Shown here in pieces: positions 48,522 to 62,318 of a stretch of 64,000 bases of DNA. Numbering within the stretch: position 1 is the first letter of the stretch; the number at the start of each line of letters is the position of its first letter. Under the pieces are notes generated by a model. That model made no database searches and was not told the origin of the DNA. It saw nothing but the letters and a program-made list of their open reading frames with translations. Made by a program: the position numbers and the translations under genes. This DNA comes from Lama glama (lineage: Eukaryota). The stretch lies in NCBI GenBank assembly GCA_028534125.1, contig CM052817.1, forward strand, positions 107,386,001 through 107,450,000. The letters are read 5' to 3'.

Positions 48522-49220
48522 ATTTAGCTATTACTGTTACCTATTTTTCTGTTGCCTGTTTCATTTTCATTCTAGAGGCTCTTACACCAGCATTGTGTGA
48601 ATTACCCAAAAATGTATTTAACAACCAGAAGCAGTTACTAACTAGAATTTAAGTTCGTCATTATCGTTATCCATAGAATCCATGAAAGTATTGCCAATCA
48701 TTAAGGTATTACTAAAAAAGTTTTTTAACAAATTAATTTTTATGCTAATGTTATGATTTTTTTATCCATTTATAAATGCTGCAGGTAAAACATGTGAGCA
48801 GGAGAAGTCATTTGGCTCTGGATATGTTGAGGAACCGATTATTTTTACAAGCGAGGTTTTGTGTATCTGTAGGGCAGAGGTGAAGAGGGTCCGAAGGACT
48901 CGACCCTGCAGGCTGCCGAGGCCTTGCTGGGGGAGGAGGGGTGGCGTTCACGGTCACGTCCGTGTTCCTGACACAGCTACCTGGACCTGAGAACACAGCG
49001 GTGGCACTTCATTGTGGTGACCGTGTCCCAGAGCCAGGCCTGTTTCTGCGGGTGGCCTTTCCTGGCTGCTGTGACGTTCGTGAGACAGGGAGGCTGGCTG
49101 ACCTCCAGAAGTTGTTGCTTCTCCTTCCCTGGTTCTCCAGCAGGCCCTGTATGCAACTGAGCTTTCACAAGTGAACTGGTTGAATTTGTAGCATTTTAAC
49201 CATTAACGGACGGTACGGGG

Positions 49221-49375
49221 AGCGGGGGAGGTTATAGCTTAGTGATGGAGCACGTGCTTAGCACGCACAAGGTCCTGGGTCCAATCCCCGGTGCCTCCAT
49301 CAAAACAAAAATAAGTTAAAAAACCTAATTACCTCTCCCTCCCCCCAAAAATTACAAGTTAAAAAAATTTAAATA
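49221..49375 (+). mobile_element. tRNA-derived SINE, Vic-1-like
   Basis: ggggaggttatagcttagtgatggagc...ggtcctgggtccaatccccgg with A-rich tail. Confidence 0.82.
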
Positions 49376-50302
49376 ATAGATGATGCAGGGCTCAAAACTG
49401 TGGGCCTTGGTGGCCTCTCCTGATCCTTCGTTCCTCACCACCTCTCTCTTGTCTTTCTGTCTAAAAGGGGCTCACTCTGCATGGCATATTTGCAAATCTT
49501 TGGTGCAACAGATCCAAATGGTGTTGTAATTTACATTCCCATCTCCTCTCTGTCTCTTCCTTAATCCTGTTCTTTCCTCTCCTTTTCTGCCCTGTTGTAC
49601 CTCAACACACACACGCAGTTGAAAAGCCAGGGTAAGAAGGAGAAAGAAAGGGGGAATTTGAGAGTCAGAAGGAAAGGGGACAAGACTGCTTGTATTTCCC
49701 CAAAGCAGACCACATATTTTGTGGGGAGACCCCTTTTTAAACAGCAATGTCTTCAAACAAACAAGCTCTTTACTAAAGGGTATTCACCTTCCTGCCTATC
49801 TTCCCAAAGCATTCTCTCCTTCCCACCCATGACTTCCTCTCACCAGAAGGCAGGAATACAGAACATAGGAGATGTGGCCCAAACTGCAAAGTTGGAAAGT
49901 TAGCTTTCTTAAAAGAACAGCTTTTGGTATGTGTGTTTCTATATTTTAAGCCCTATATCCCTCATATTTTAAGGACGTAGTGGGCAGTGAGCGGGAAGAC
50001 TTCATCCTTTAGTAACGATCCCACTGAAACTGATTCTCCGATTTTCCCTGAGGAATCACAGAGCAGTACATAGGGCAGGGTACTAAAGAGGACACTGTGT
50101 TAGGGGATACGGCTTCTAGGGGTGTGGGTAGTGGTATATGAACAGCATTGATTAACTCTATATATATTTTCCAAAAACAGTTTTTTTCCTAAAAAAGCTA
50201 AAAAATGATATAATGATGCTGTGAATAAAAATGAATGACATAGACCAAGAAAAATCCTGTCTTACCTGTGGCATGAGCTCAATAAATATTTGTTAATTCA
50301 AT

Positions 50303-50344
50303 AAATGAATGAATGAATGAATAAGTGGATGAATGAATGAATGA
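50303..50344. repeat. (GAAT)n tract, L2-tail type
   Basis: ctcaataaatatttgtt followed by repeated tgaa units. Confidence 0.7.
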
Positions 50345-50790
50345 GTGGGTCTCGGCCCTCCAAGACACTTCAGAGAAAACCCAGCCTTCCTCATGCAATC
50401 GTAAAATTTGGGAACTGGGACACTTAACCAGAACACAGATTTCCAGGCTCCTCCGCTGGAGATTGTGATCTGTTTGGTCAGCACGGGGAGCGGGGAACTG
50501 TATTTTCCGCAAATGCGCCAGAGGAGTCTTGCAGCGAGTTCTGGGAGAACCGCAGTGTGGGATTTTCTCCAGCGCAGCTCTTGTCACATGGCAGTGGGGG
50601 ACAGTATCAGAAACATCCTGGCAATTGGAGGGAGCGGTTTTTTGTTGTTTTTTCCTTACTAGAGTTGCTGACTGTTGAGGGTCAGTCTGGTAGTCCAAAC
50701 ACTCGAGATTAATGGGAGTGGTCCCAAGTTTAAGGGCATGCACATATCTCTTGTTACTCTTATTGTAACTTGCTTCATACTGTACTGTTT

Positions 50791-50880
50791 AGGGAGGAGG
50801 GTATAGCTCAGTGGTAGAGCACACACTCGGCATGCAGGAGGTCCTGGGTTCAGTCCCCAGCACATGCTTTAAAAATAAAT
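50791..50880 (+). mobile_element. tRNA-derived SINE, Vic-1-like (short)
   Basis: ggagggtatagctcagtggtagagc...ggtcctgggttcagtccccagc then aaaaataaat. Confidence 0.82.
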
Positions 50881-50984
50881 GCTATGCCTATTAACATATA
50901 TATTTTACCTCCTTAAGAGAGTCTGACAGAAATTAGTCTTTTGACCTGTGTATTTTTATTACCTCAGTGACTTCTAAAGCATTT

Positions 50985-51355
50985 TAATAGCACAAGGGAT
51001 TTTTAGGGCAATGAGATTATTCTGTATGATACTATAGTGGTGGCTACATGTCATTATGCATTTGTCAAAGCTCATAGAATGTACAACATCAAGAGTGAGC
51101 CCTAATGTAAGCGATGGACTTTGGTTGATAATGTGTCCATGTTGGTTCATCGATTGTACCAAATATGCCACACTGATGAGGGATGTTGAGGGTAGCGGAG
51201 TGTTTATGTGTGGGTGGGGAGGGCTATGTGGGAACTCTGTATCTTCTGCTTAATTCTGCTGTGAACCTGAAACTGCTCTAAAAGAATAAAGTCTATTAAA
51301 AGCAACAACAACAACAACAAAAAACGAAAAACAAAACAAAACAAAAAACAAAAAG
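50985..51355 (+). mobile_element. L1MC-like 3' end with A-rich tail
   Basis: gatactatagtggtgg..catttgtcaaa..catagaatgtacaaca...ctgtgaacctgaaactgctctaaaa..aataaagtc, then a (CAA)/(A) tail. Confidence 0.78.
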
Positions 51356-51895
51356 AAGTACTTTTAATATAAAGTATGGCTGTTTACTAGCTCTCACAAA
51401 GTATATAAAATGGTAAATCTTTATTTCGTCTGCACCAAGTGTTAGTTATAATTGAGTTTAATGGAAAAGTGGGTTAGACACACCAATCTGAATTCTAGAG
51501 AGGGCATCACTCTCCTCTGCACGCTCAGACTCCCTGGCATTGGCATTGTGGAGGTGGGGGGCAGGGGGGTGTCAAGGGATGAGGTCTGGGTGGGAGTGGG
51601 AGAGGTTCGAGTCCCTCGAATGCACTCCATGCTTTGTTACGGTGCTATATTAGGGTTTCCTCAGTTTCCCAGGATTCTCCTTGAGAAGAGAGTTCTGTGA
51701 TTAAATATCCTTGGGAAATGCTGCATCCTGTGGGTCCCCCTTTGGAATTAATAATGCATGCTAGTATGAGGAAAGGGAACTCAGGCTTAAAGAAATATCT
51801 TTAAAGTTTGTGTAACCCTGTTTATATGACATATTTGACCACATTTTGGGAAGTGTTTGCTTTTGCGTTTGTACGAGAAATAGCAGGTCCCATAG

Positions 51896-52083
51896 GAGTG
51901 GTTTTCAAAGTGCAGATTCAGGGCAGGTAGTATCAGCATCACGTGAGGACTTCAAAGAAAAGCAAATTCTCGGGCCCCACTCCAGGGGCTGTTTAATTAG
52001 GAACTCTGTAGAAGGGGCCTGCATTCTGTGTTTTAACAAGCCCTTCAGCCACTCTGACTCCTACTAAAGTTTGAAAATCACTG
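51896..52083. mobile_element. MER5A-like hAT-Charlie DNA transposon
   Basis: TIRs agtggttttcaaa / tttgaaaatcact; internal gcaaattctcgggccccac and ctgtgttttaacaagccct; ~190 bp. Confidence 0.8.
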
Positions 52084-53477
52084 CTCCGGACTAACTGATT
52101 ACTTTCCAGGTGTTCTGAATTCGGTAATAAAATTGTCTGCATTGGGAAGGGGATCATTTCAAAATTTTAACAGGTGTGACATTCATCTATGGGTTAAAAT
52201 GCTCGTTTCTGGGCTCCACCCCGCCCTCCCCTGCGGCCTACCCGCCCCATCAGGGATCAGTGTTTCTGGGGGTGGGGAGCAGGACCCGGTTTCTCTCCAG
52301 CCGGCAGGAGGCTGCTATGCCTCCCAGACATTCGCCCTTCCTGGGTTCCTTCGAGGTTTGGATTTTGAATATTCAGAAGCCGAGGGACCTGTGCCTCTAT
52401 CACATGCCTCTGTAAGAGAGGATGGCATGAGGCTGTGTGTGAAAGGGTCTGCACTTTTATCAGAATGAAGGCATACATCCTATTGCTGATTGATGAATGA
52501 ATGAATAGGTGGTTAATTTCTAATTGGATTAACGCGCAGCGGAGGTATTTATTCGATTCCCAGCACCTATTCTGGGGACATAGTGAGTGGAGCATGTTTT
52601 TCTCAGAAAGTAATGGTCCCCAGAGTAGAGGTGCCCTGGGCCATCAGAAGAGACCCTGGGGTGTCGCCTGGCCTGGCAGAAAAGTCATCAAACCAGTAGT
52701 GTGAGAGCTCCTTGAATCTGAGTGACAGCAGTCGTCTGCTGGACAGAATGCATATGCCTCTTTCTGGTTCTTAGTACCTTTAGAGGCAACTCTTTGAAGA
52801 AGTGGAAGGTGTAACATTATCCTGGGCATATTTTAAAGGCAGTCAGGGCCAATACAGAAACTTCCTTTTGTGCCCTATTCTGTAGGGAGCCTTCTGAGTT
52901 GGAAGTCTTTGTGCCGTGAACTCAAACGTCATTTACGCGTTGTTGGATACAACAGATAAACCTATGGGGTTAAAATGAGGTTTGTCTTTTATAAAAAAAA
53001 AGCCAAGGCTCAGCTCCTTAGGTATTTCCAGTGCTATTTTGAGAATAATAAATAGAAAACCAGCAGTTTTTGAACATACAATGCATAGTTGTATATTAAT
53101 ACACGTATTTATGACCCGTGCTACTTTTCCGCCTGTGTTTTTAACCTTAAAAGAGACGAACTGTCACCTTTAATTCTAAAATGAGAACAGCTAAGTTCTA
53201 CGACGGACTATCTGGCAGTGCCTTCATCCTGACAGCTGTGTGAAAAGCTGTATTGAGGAAATGAAAGACCGTTTAGCATTCCAGAATTTTAAATGCAGGT
53301 CCAAATCACAATTAAAAGGATCCTTGAATACACTTCAGACAGTTTTACAATCCTATTAAAAAGCGTATATCCTCACCATCACACCCATAAAAAAATACTG
53401 TTTACCTACTACTCAGAGATTATTAGTAAGTGCCAGCCAGTGACAGGCAAATATTCTGGGGTATTAAAGTTTTCTTT

Positions 53478-53644
53478 TTTTGTTTACATTTTTATTGATT
53501 CATAATCATATAATCATTTTACAGTGTTGTGTCAAATTCCAGTGTTCAGTACAATTTTTCAGTCATACATGGACATATACACACTCATTTTCACATTTTT
53601 TTCTCTGTGATTTATCGTAACATTTTGTGTATATTTCCCTGTGC
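53478..53644 (-). mobile_element. Young lineage-specific L1 3' end
   Basis: Near-identical to 59077-59240; perfect 13-bp TSD taaagttttcttt (53465-53477, 53645-53657). Confidence 0.88.
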
Positions 53645-56569
53645 TAAAGTTTTCTTTCCTTTGCATTCCTTGCACTCAGCCTTTTTCCTATGCAGGAGAC
53701 TAGAATTATCCACTTGCATTGCTTTGGGGAAGGGATGATACAGCAGTCTGCAGATAACAAAGGAGTCGAATTCTAAGTATTTGATTGTTTCAGCATTGGC
53801 ATAGATGTGGGGAAAAAAAAGAGCTGGGCTTTGCTGTTTCTAGACTGGACGGGAGAGCTGGACCAGAGACGCGGAGGGGAAGGGTCTTCCTTCCCTTCCC
53901 TCTGCCTGGGCGGAACCAGGGGAAGCCAGAAGCCCCTCACCTTCACTATATCCACAAAGACCTTATTTCCATATTCTAAGGTTCCTGGTGGACATGCATT
54001 TTTAACAGACACTAACATAATACATCACCCAAAATGTACTATAAGAGGTTTCTCTCTTTCCTGTGGATCAATGAAGTACAGATGTGGAAATAGTGACCTC
54101 CTCTCCCTATAGGCAAGGCTGTGAGCGTGCAGAGCAGGAGTGATGTTTAGAGCCTCCCACGGGGAGCCCCTGAACTTGGGTCTTCATGTTAGAGGGATTT
54201 AGCCTGCCTCCAGCAGGGGGATGAGGCTGTGCTGGTGTGACCGTGATGGGACCCTTCTCCATAGAGACACCTGTTTACAATGCAGAAGGAGGGGTGCTAG
54301 CACATTCTAATCTGGAAATGCAAACGTTCCTTTTAAATAAAAATCTGGATGTAATCAATAAATTCCGTAGCATCTGAGAATTTGATGCTATATTAATATT
54401 TAATTTTTACTATTGAGTTAGAACTCAGTTTGAGATGGACAAAAATAATTCATGAACTCGAGTCCTTATCTTTTTGTAACCAGGTTCCTTTGGTATTTAC
54501 CCAGACATATTCTCCCAAGTATCTCAGAGTTTTAGCTGGAAAAGTGAGAAGTTCCTCTTTTTTCTATTTGTCACTGTTGCACTAAACACTGCACATATGA
54601 CTGTTAAAGATTTTTTTTTTTGGCCTCTATTCTGATGGCATCTGTGATAGTTCTGGGTACAGATAAAAAATGGGTTAGTAGCAAAAATGTTTTTACCAAA
54701 GAATTTTGAATTTCTGGACGGCTGTGAGGATTTTATGTTTTATTGTTTCCTGTTAGTGAAAATAATTTTACTAACTTGTGATCAGATAATTTGTTCTGTG
54801 TTGTTTCTACATTTGTGAATTTATTGAATTTTTATAGCTTAATGTATGTAAATTTTTATAAATGCTTAAAGGAATTTTTGAAAAGTTGTTTTTATTTTGA
54901 GGGTATTGAATTCAATATCTACCTGTAAGTTCTGTGAGATTGTGCCTTACGCCTTTATATTCTTACTTATTTTTCTGTCTCCTTAATCGATCGTATGCTG
55001 AGCTAGGGATTTTATTGTTGTCGTTTTTCTGTTCTACTTGTACTTCTGCAGCTTTACCTTTTTGAATTTTAAAACTGTTATTTGGTGCATAAAGGTCCTT
55101 GAGAGATACAAAAAAATGCGTTAATGATATATGGCAAAATCATTTGGGAGTTATATCAAACCACGTAATTCAGGGAAAAAATTGTATATTTCCATATTGA
55201 GTTTATCAGTAAGGATCAGATTTGTGAAAATGCTGCAGTCAGTTTTGACCAGGACTCCCCTAGTCTGGAGTCCAATCAAATGTAAATGATTCCTGTGATA
55301 GAATGAAAAAGATGTCAGCTCCAGAGTAATAGACTATGTATTGCCCAAATATTTAAGAAGGAACGCGATCTCTGTGAACTCAAATAGAAACTTTAATCAA
55401 GCTTTAATCAAACTTGATTAAAACTTCTCCTTGCATTGTGTCCATGAAAAATGTTCAATGATTTTGATGTCTTATGTTTTTGTTTGAGATATTTTATTTT
55501 TTAATATTTTATATTATTTTTTTTATGGATTTTCAAAGAGAACTGGAAACGTAAGACTACTTGTTTCAAATGTTTGTAATGATACAAAACTAACAGTTCT
55601 TTCTAAATATAATTAGTTTATATTATAGGTCAGTACATGGGGAGTCAGTTTAATTTATTTGACAGCGTTTCATTTTTTAGTGACTTCCTTAAATTTTATT
55701 ACCGCTGTTTCCATTTGACTTATTTCTCCACTTTTATAATTATTATTAGTGTCAATATTTAAATAGTTTAAGGGAATAAGGAAGAGGTTTTTGGAGCTTT
55801 TTTTCTAAAAGGTCTAATTAAGAACAAAGTTCCCCATTTCAGAAAAAAGGTTTTTTATTTGACAACATACTAAGCTGTAAATGATCACTCTTAAAGTGAT
55901 TTTTAGCTGTGGGTTCTTCTTTTATTTATGTCTAAGATATTATATTCTACATGACTGCAAATATATTTAATGTTGCTTATTCAAATATGCGTGAAGGTTA
56001 CATATTCTGAAAAGAGTCAATTTTCTGACTTAATTTAATAAGCATCAAACCAAATTTAAATATGGATGTCTTAAAAATGAACAGCCCAGGGAGCATAAAT
56101 TATTCAGATACCATCAAAAGAAGGAAAAAAGCACAGCTGGTGAAGGAAATTAAAGGAATGAGAAGCCAGAAGAAATAACTACATCTAATACTTTGTATCA
56201 CCTGGACTGTGCAGGCGGCGTGAAATTCTGACATTGTTTCTGGGAAGTTCCAGCCTCCTGCCACACAGACAGCAGCAGCATCGCAGCTGCGCATCTCTCA
56301 GGCTTTGGGCACAGCTCCCTCTTTTGGTGTTTGATGACTGCAGCTAGTAGAGTGTCAGTTCTTCTTACAGAAACTAAATAATTTGATAATAATGGAGTCT
56401 GTTGTTACTGTGTTGTAGGAGCAGGTTAGAATGCTGGCACGCCACGTTGAAATCCCGATTCCAGTTTATTTCTGCTGTGGCTACTGGATCGTGTGCCCTC
56501 CTTATTTTCTGCTCACACGGGCTTGGGTCAGCGGTTCTCAATGTCTAGTGTGCACTTCTTTACCCTTTC

Positions 56570-59500
56570 TTGTTTACTGAAGTATAGCTGATTTACAATG
56601 AATGTTAGCTTCTGGTGTACAGTATGGTGATGCAATTATATATATTCACTTTTCATATTCTTTTCCATTACTGTTTATTACAGGATATTGAGTATATTCC
56701 CTATGCTGTACAATAGAACTTTATTGTTTATCTGTTTTATATACAGTAGTTAGTATCTGCTAATCCCAAGCTCCTAATTTATCTCTCTTCCATCCCCTTT
56801 CCCCTTCCAGTAACCATGTTTGTTTTCTATGTCTGTGAGTCTGTTTCTGTTCTGTAAATAAGTTCATTTGTGTCTTTTTTTAAGATTCCATATAGAAGTG
56901 ATGTCATATGGTATTTGTTTTTCTCTGTCTGACTTACTTCACTTAGAATGATATCTCCAGCTCCATCTATGTTGCTGCATATAGCCTTATTTCATTCATT
57001 TTTATGGCAGAGTAGTATTCCATTGTACATATATACCACAACTTCTTTATCCAGTCATCTGCTGATGAACATTTAGGTTTCCATGTCTTGGCTATTATCA
57101 GTAGTGCTGCTGTGAACATTGAGGTGTGTGTGTCTTTTCCAATTAGAGTTCCCTTTGGATATATGCCCAGGAGTGGGATTGCTGGATTATATGGCAACTG
57201 TACTTTTAGTTTTTAAAGGAACATCCATACTGTCCTCCATAGTCGTTGTACCAATTTACACTCCCACCAACAGTGTAGAAGGTTTCCTTTTCTCCACACC
57301 CTCTCCAGCATCAATTATTTGTGGACATTTTAATGATAGCTGTTCTGACCAGTGTGAGGTGGTAACCTCATCATAGTTTTGATTTGTATTTCTCTAATAT
57401 TTACCAATACTGAGCATCATTCTAAGTGAAGTAAGTCAGACAGAGAAAGACAAATACCATATGACATATTGGCTATCTGTGTGTCTTCTTTGAAGAAATA
57501 TTTATTTAGATCTTCTGCCAATTTTTTGATTGGGTGGTTTGTTTGTTTTGATATTGAATTGTAGGAGCTATTGGTATATTTTGGAAATTAAGCCTTTGTC
57601 GGTTGCATCGTTTGCAAATATTTTTCCCAATCAATAGGTTGTCTTTTCATTTTGTTAATGGTTTCCTTTGTTGTGCAAAAACTGATTAGTTTGAATAGGT
57701 CCCATTTGTTTATTTTTGCTTTTATTTCTATTGCCTTGGGAGACTGACCTAAGAAAATATTAGTATGATTTATGTCAAAGAATATTTTGCTTATGTTTTC
57801 TTCTAGGAGTTTTATGGTCATATCTTATATATAAGTCTTTAAGCCATTTTGAGTTTATTTTTGTGTGTGGTGTGAGGGAGTGTTCTAACTTCACTGATGT
57901 ACATGCTGCTGTCCAGCTTTCCTAACAACACTTGCCAAAGAGACTGTCTTTTCTCCATTATATGCTCATGCCTCCTTTGTTGAAGATTAATTGGCTGTAG
58001 GTGTGTAGGTTTATTTCTGGCTCTTTATTCTGTTCCATCGATCCATATGTCTGATTTTGTGCCAATACCATGCTGTTCTGATTACTGTAGCTCTGCAGTA
58101 TTGTCTGAAGTCTGGGAGGGTCATTCTGACGGCTTTGTTCTTTTTCCTCAGGATTGCCTTGGCAATTCTGGGTCTGTTTATGGTTCCATATAAATTTTAG
58201 TATGATTTGTTCTAGTTCTGTAAAAAATGTCCTGGGTAATTTGATTGAGATCCTACTAAATCTGTAGATTGCCTTGTGTAGTATGGACATTTTAACAATA
58301 TTAATTCTTCCAGTCTAAGAGCATGGGATATCTGTCTTTTTTTTTTTTTTAACTCATCTTCCGTTTCCCTTATTTGTGTTTTATAGTTCTCAGCGTGTAA
58401 GTCTTTCACCTCCTTGGTCAGGTTTATTCCTAAATATTTTATTTTTTGATGTGATTTTAAAGGGGATTTTTTTTCACTTTCCTTTTCTGATATTTCATTG
58501 TTAGTATAAAGAAATGCAACAGACTTCTGTATGTTAATCTTGTATCCTGCTGCTTTGCTGAATCTGTGTATCAGTTCTGGTAGTTTTTGTGTGGAGTCTT
58601 TGGAGTTTTCTATATATTTCTTTTTCTTGTCTGAGTGCTGTGACTAGGACTTCAAATACTGTGTTGAATAGAAGTGGTGAGAGTGGGCATCCTTGTCTTG
58701 TTCCAGATGTTAGCAGGAAGGTTTTCAGCTTTTCACCATTAAATATGATGTTGGCTGTGAGTTTGTCATAAAAGATTTTTATTGTGTTGAGATATGTGCC
58801 CTCTATACCCACATTGGTAAGAGTTTTTTAAATCATACATGGATGCTGAATTTTATCAAATACTTTTTCTGCATCTATTGAGATGATCATGTGGTTTTTG
58901 TCCATTTTTTGTTGATGTGTATCACATTGATTGATTTGCATATGTTGAACCATCCTTGTGACTCTGGGGTGAATCCAACTTGATTGTGGTGTATCATCTT
59001 TTTTAAAACTTTTTAATTTATTTATTTTTATTGAAGTATGATCTTTTTTATGTGTTGTTAGATTCAGTTTGCTAATTTTTTTAACATTTTTTATTGATTT
59101 ATAATCATTTTACAATGTTGTGTCAAATTCCAGTGTTCAGCACAATTTTTCAGTCATTCATGGACATATACTCACTCATTGTCACATTTTTTTCTCTGTG
59201 AGTTATCATAACATTTTGTGTATATTTCCCTGTGCTATACAGTGTAATCTTGTTTATCTGTTCTACAATTTTGAAATCCCAGTCTACCCCTTCCCACCCT
59301 CCACCCCTCAGTTTGCTAATATTTTGTTGAGAATTTTGCATCTATATTCATCAAAGATACTGGTCTGTAACTTTCTTTTTTGGTGGTGTCTTTGTCTGGC
59401 TTTGGCATCAGGGTGGTAGTGGCTTCATAGAATGAGTTTGGGAGTGTTCCCTCCTCTTCAGTCTTTTGAAGGAGTTTGAGAAGAATCAGCGTAAGCTGTT

Positions 59501-60720
59501 CTTTGCATGTTTGGTAGAATTCCCTAGTGAAGCCATCTGGTCCTGGACTTTTATTTGCAGGGAATTTTTTAAATTACAGATTCTATTTCACTTCTATTGA
59601 TCACTGTGTTCAAATTATCTATTTCTTTTTGATTCAGTTTGGTATGCTGCATGTTTCTGGAAAACTTGTCCATTTCTTCTGGGTTGTCCAGTTTGTTGTC
59701 ATATAGTTGTTCACTGTCTGCTCTTACGTCCTTCTTCGCCTTGCTTTACGAATTTTGTTTTAAAGTCTACTTTGTCTGATATGAGTATTGCTACACCCGG
59801 TTTCTTTCCATTTCCATTTTCGTGAAATATCTTTTTCCATCCTCTCACTTTCAATCTATTTGTGTCCTTCACTCTAAAGAAGATCTCTTGTATGAAGCAT
59901 ATTGAAGGCTCTTGTTTTTATTATCCAATCTGCCACTCTGTGTCTTTGATTGGAGCATTAATCCATTGATGTTTATGGTAATTATTTATATATATGTTTG
60001 GATTGCCATTTTAAACCTTGTTTTCTGGTTGATTTTGTATTTCTCCTTTGTTCCTTTCTTTTCCTTTTTGTTATTCCTTTTGTGGTTTGATAGTTTTCTT
60101 TTGTATTACACTTGTGTTCTCTCTTTTTGTTTTTTGTGAACCTATTGTATGTTTTTGATTTGTGGTTACCCTGTTTTCCAAGTATGTGAACCCACTACTA
60201 TTCCTACTTGCTTTAGACTGGTAGTCATATAGGCTCAAACATATTCTATATTCCCCACATTTTGATGTCCTCTCTTATATCTTCATATTTATCTTTTTGC
60301 TGTACATTATACTTATCATTGTTTTCACAACATTTTTTTGGTTTTTAAAAATCTGTGTGCTGGCTTATTTAAGTGATTTACTTTCCAATTGTGATCTTCT
60401 CTTTCCTATAGATTCTTGCTTCTTTTCTATTTAGAGAAGATCTTTCAATATTTCTTTTAGGATAGGTTTGGTATTGCTGAACTCTTTCAGTTTTTGCTTG
60501 TCTGAGAAATTCTTTATCTCTCTTTTTATATCTCCTTCTATTCTAAATAATAATCTTGCTGGGTGAAGTATCCTAGGTTCCAGGACTTTGAATGTATCTT
60601 GCCGCTCCCTTCTGGCCTGTAATGTTTCTGTGGAGAAATCAGCTGAGATCCTTATGGGAGGGTCCCTTGTAATTAACTCTATTTTTCTCTGGCTGCCTTT
60701 GGAATCTTCTCCTTAACTTT
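56570..60720 (-). mobile_element. L1 (3' UTR, internally deleted ORF2, end of ORF1) carrying nested insertions; apparently inserted into a MER5-like element
   Basis: ORF2 peptides in the ORF track ([38 protein letters not shown]). MER5-like pieces on both sides (cagcggttctcaa ~56530; ggggcctgagaacctgcatttctgacaa ~60810). Confidence 0.9.
59077..59307 (-). mobile_element. Young L1 3' end nested in the older L1
   Basis: Perfect 13-bp TSD tcagtttgctaat (59064-59076, 59308-59320); same family as 53478-53644. Confidence 0.88.
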
Positions 60721-61818
60721 TAGTTTGTGTCCATCTGAATGACATAAGGAGCTCACAGAAACACCGTAGAGCCATTGGCTGCATTTCTGATTCAAAAGGG
60801 CTGGGATGGGGCCTGAGAACCTGCATTTCTGACAACTTCCTGGCCGCTGACGGGTTTGGTCCTGAACTATATTTGGAGATCTGCTAGTCTAGTGAATTTC
60901 AGGAGAGTTATGTGATTCCAGCATATGAAGACCAGAGACAGTTTACATAATATTTGTCACAAAGATATGTCTTCATAAGAGTGGGTTATGATTTTCCTCA
61001 TATTTCCAAAATTGGACATGGGACTTTTTTAAATGTTGACAGTGGCAAATAAGAAAATTTTTAAATGATCATACTCTTTTTTGTCTAATAAAATTTTAAA
61101 CATTAATTGCTTTTCAAATACCATGTGTATTTTTAATAATTAGTATTAGTTAATTAAACAAAGTGTTGTTTATTTGCCCACATTTAGGGTATTTATATAC
61201 ACCTGTAGCTAGAAATTGTTATTCAATCCATGCTCTGAATATTTATTTTTCATAAAAGTTAGTGGTCCACACCATTCCTTGCTCATGTCAGAGACCCTGA
61301 AGATGACATATAAACAGGACCTTGGGGACAGATTGCTTACACTACCTTGTCTCCGCTTGCTTCATACTTCCCTTAATACCTACAAACTAGGACTTCCCTG
61401 GTTTGGAGTCCAATAAAATATAAACAGTCCCTGGCATAGAACTGGAAGCTGTGAATTCCAGAGTAACTTCCAAGTATGTAGTCAATAATCTGATCTGCAC
61501 AGGTTTATTGCATGCCTGGTAAATGACAAGCATTTCTGTGCAAGTAATTTTATTTAATCCTCATAATGAATGTATTATTCCAATTTCGCCAGTAAGGAAT
61601 GGGATTTAACCCTAAGAAATGATTCACTCAAGTCACAACAGACAGAAAGAGGCACTTCGAGGATCTGAGCCTGAACCTTCTGATGCCTGGTTGAATCTTC
61701 CTACAACTTTGTTTCTATTTTAAAAAGAAATCAAAGAAGGTAAAGAAAAGTTATTATTGGTGTAATTATTTTTTTAAACTACTCACAACATACTGATTTT
61801 ACATGAATGAATTTGGAG

Positions 61819-62318
61819 NNNNNNNNNNNNNNNNNNNNNNNNNNNNNNNNNNNNNNNNNNNNNNNNNNNNNNNNNNNNNNNNNNNNNNNNNNNNNNNNNN
61901 NNNNNNNNNNNNNNNNNNNNNNNNNNNNNNNNNNNNNNNNNNNNNNNNNNNNNNNNNNNNNNNNNNNNNNNNNNNNNNNNNNNNNNNNNNNNNNNNNNNN
62001 NNNNNNNNNNNNNNNNNNNNNNNNNNNNNNNNNNNNNNNNNNNNNNNNNNNNNNNNNNNNNNNNNNNNNNNNNNNNNNNNNNNNNNNNNNNNNNNNNNNN
62101 NNNNNNNNNNNNNNNNNNNNNNNNNNNNNNNNNNNNNNNNNNNNNNNNNNNNNNNNNNNNNNNNNNNNNNNNNNNNNNNNNNNNNNNNNNNNNNNNNNNN
62201 NNNNNNNNNNNNNNNNNNNNNNNNNNNNNNNNNNNNNNNNNNNNNNNNNNNNNNNNNNNNNNNNNNNNNNNNNNNNNNNNNNNNNNNNNNNNNNNNNNNN
62301 NNNNNNNNNNNNNNNNNN
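61819..62318. other. Assembly gap (500 N)
   Basis: Run of exactly 500 N. Confidence 1.

Noticed and set aside
50791..50880. Possible tRNA gene (also 27680-27802 and 49221-49375)
   Set aside because: A/B boxes are present, but the bodies are diverged, with A-rich tails and a TSD in at least one copy; these are SINEs.
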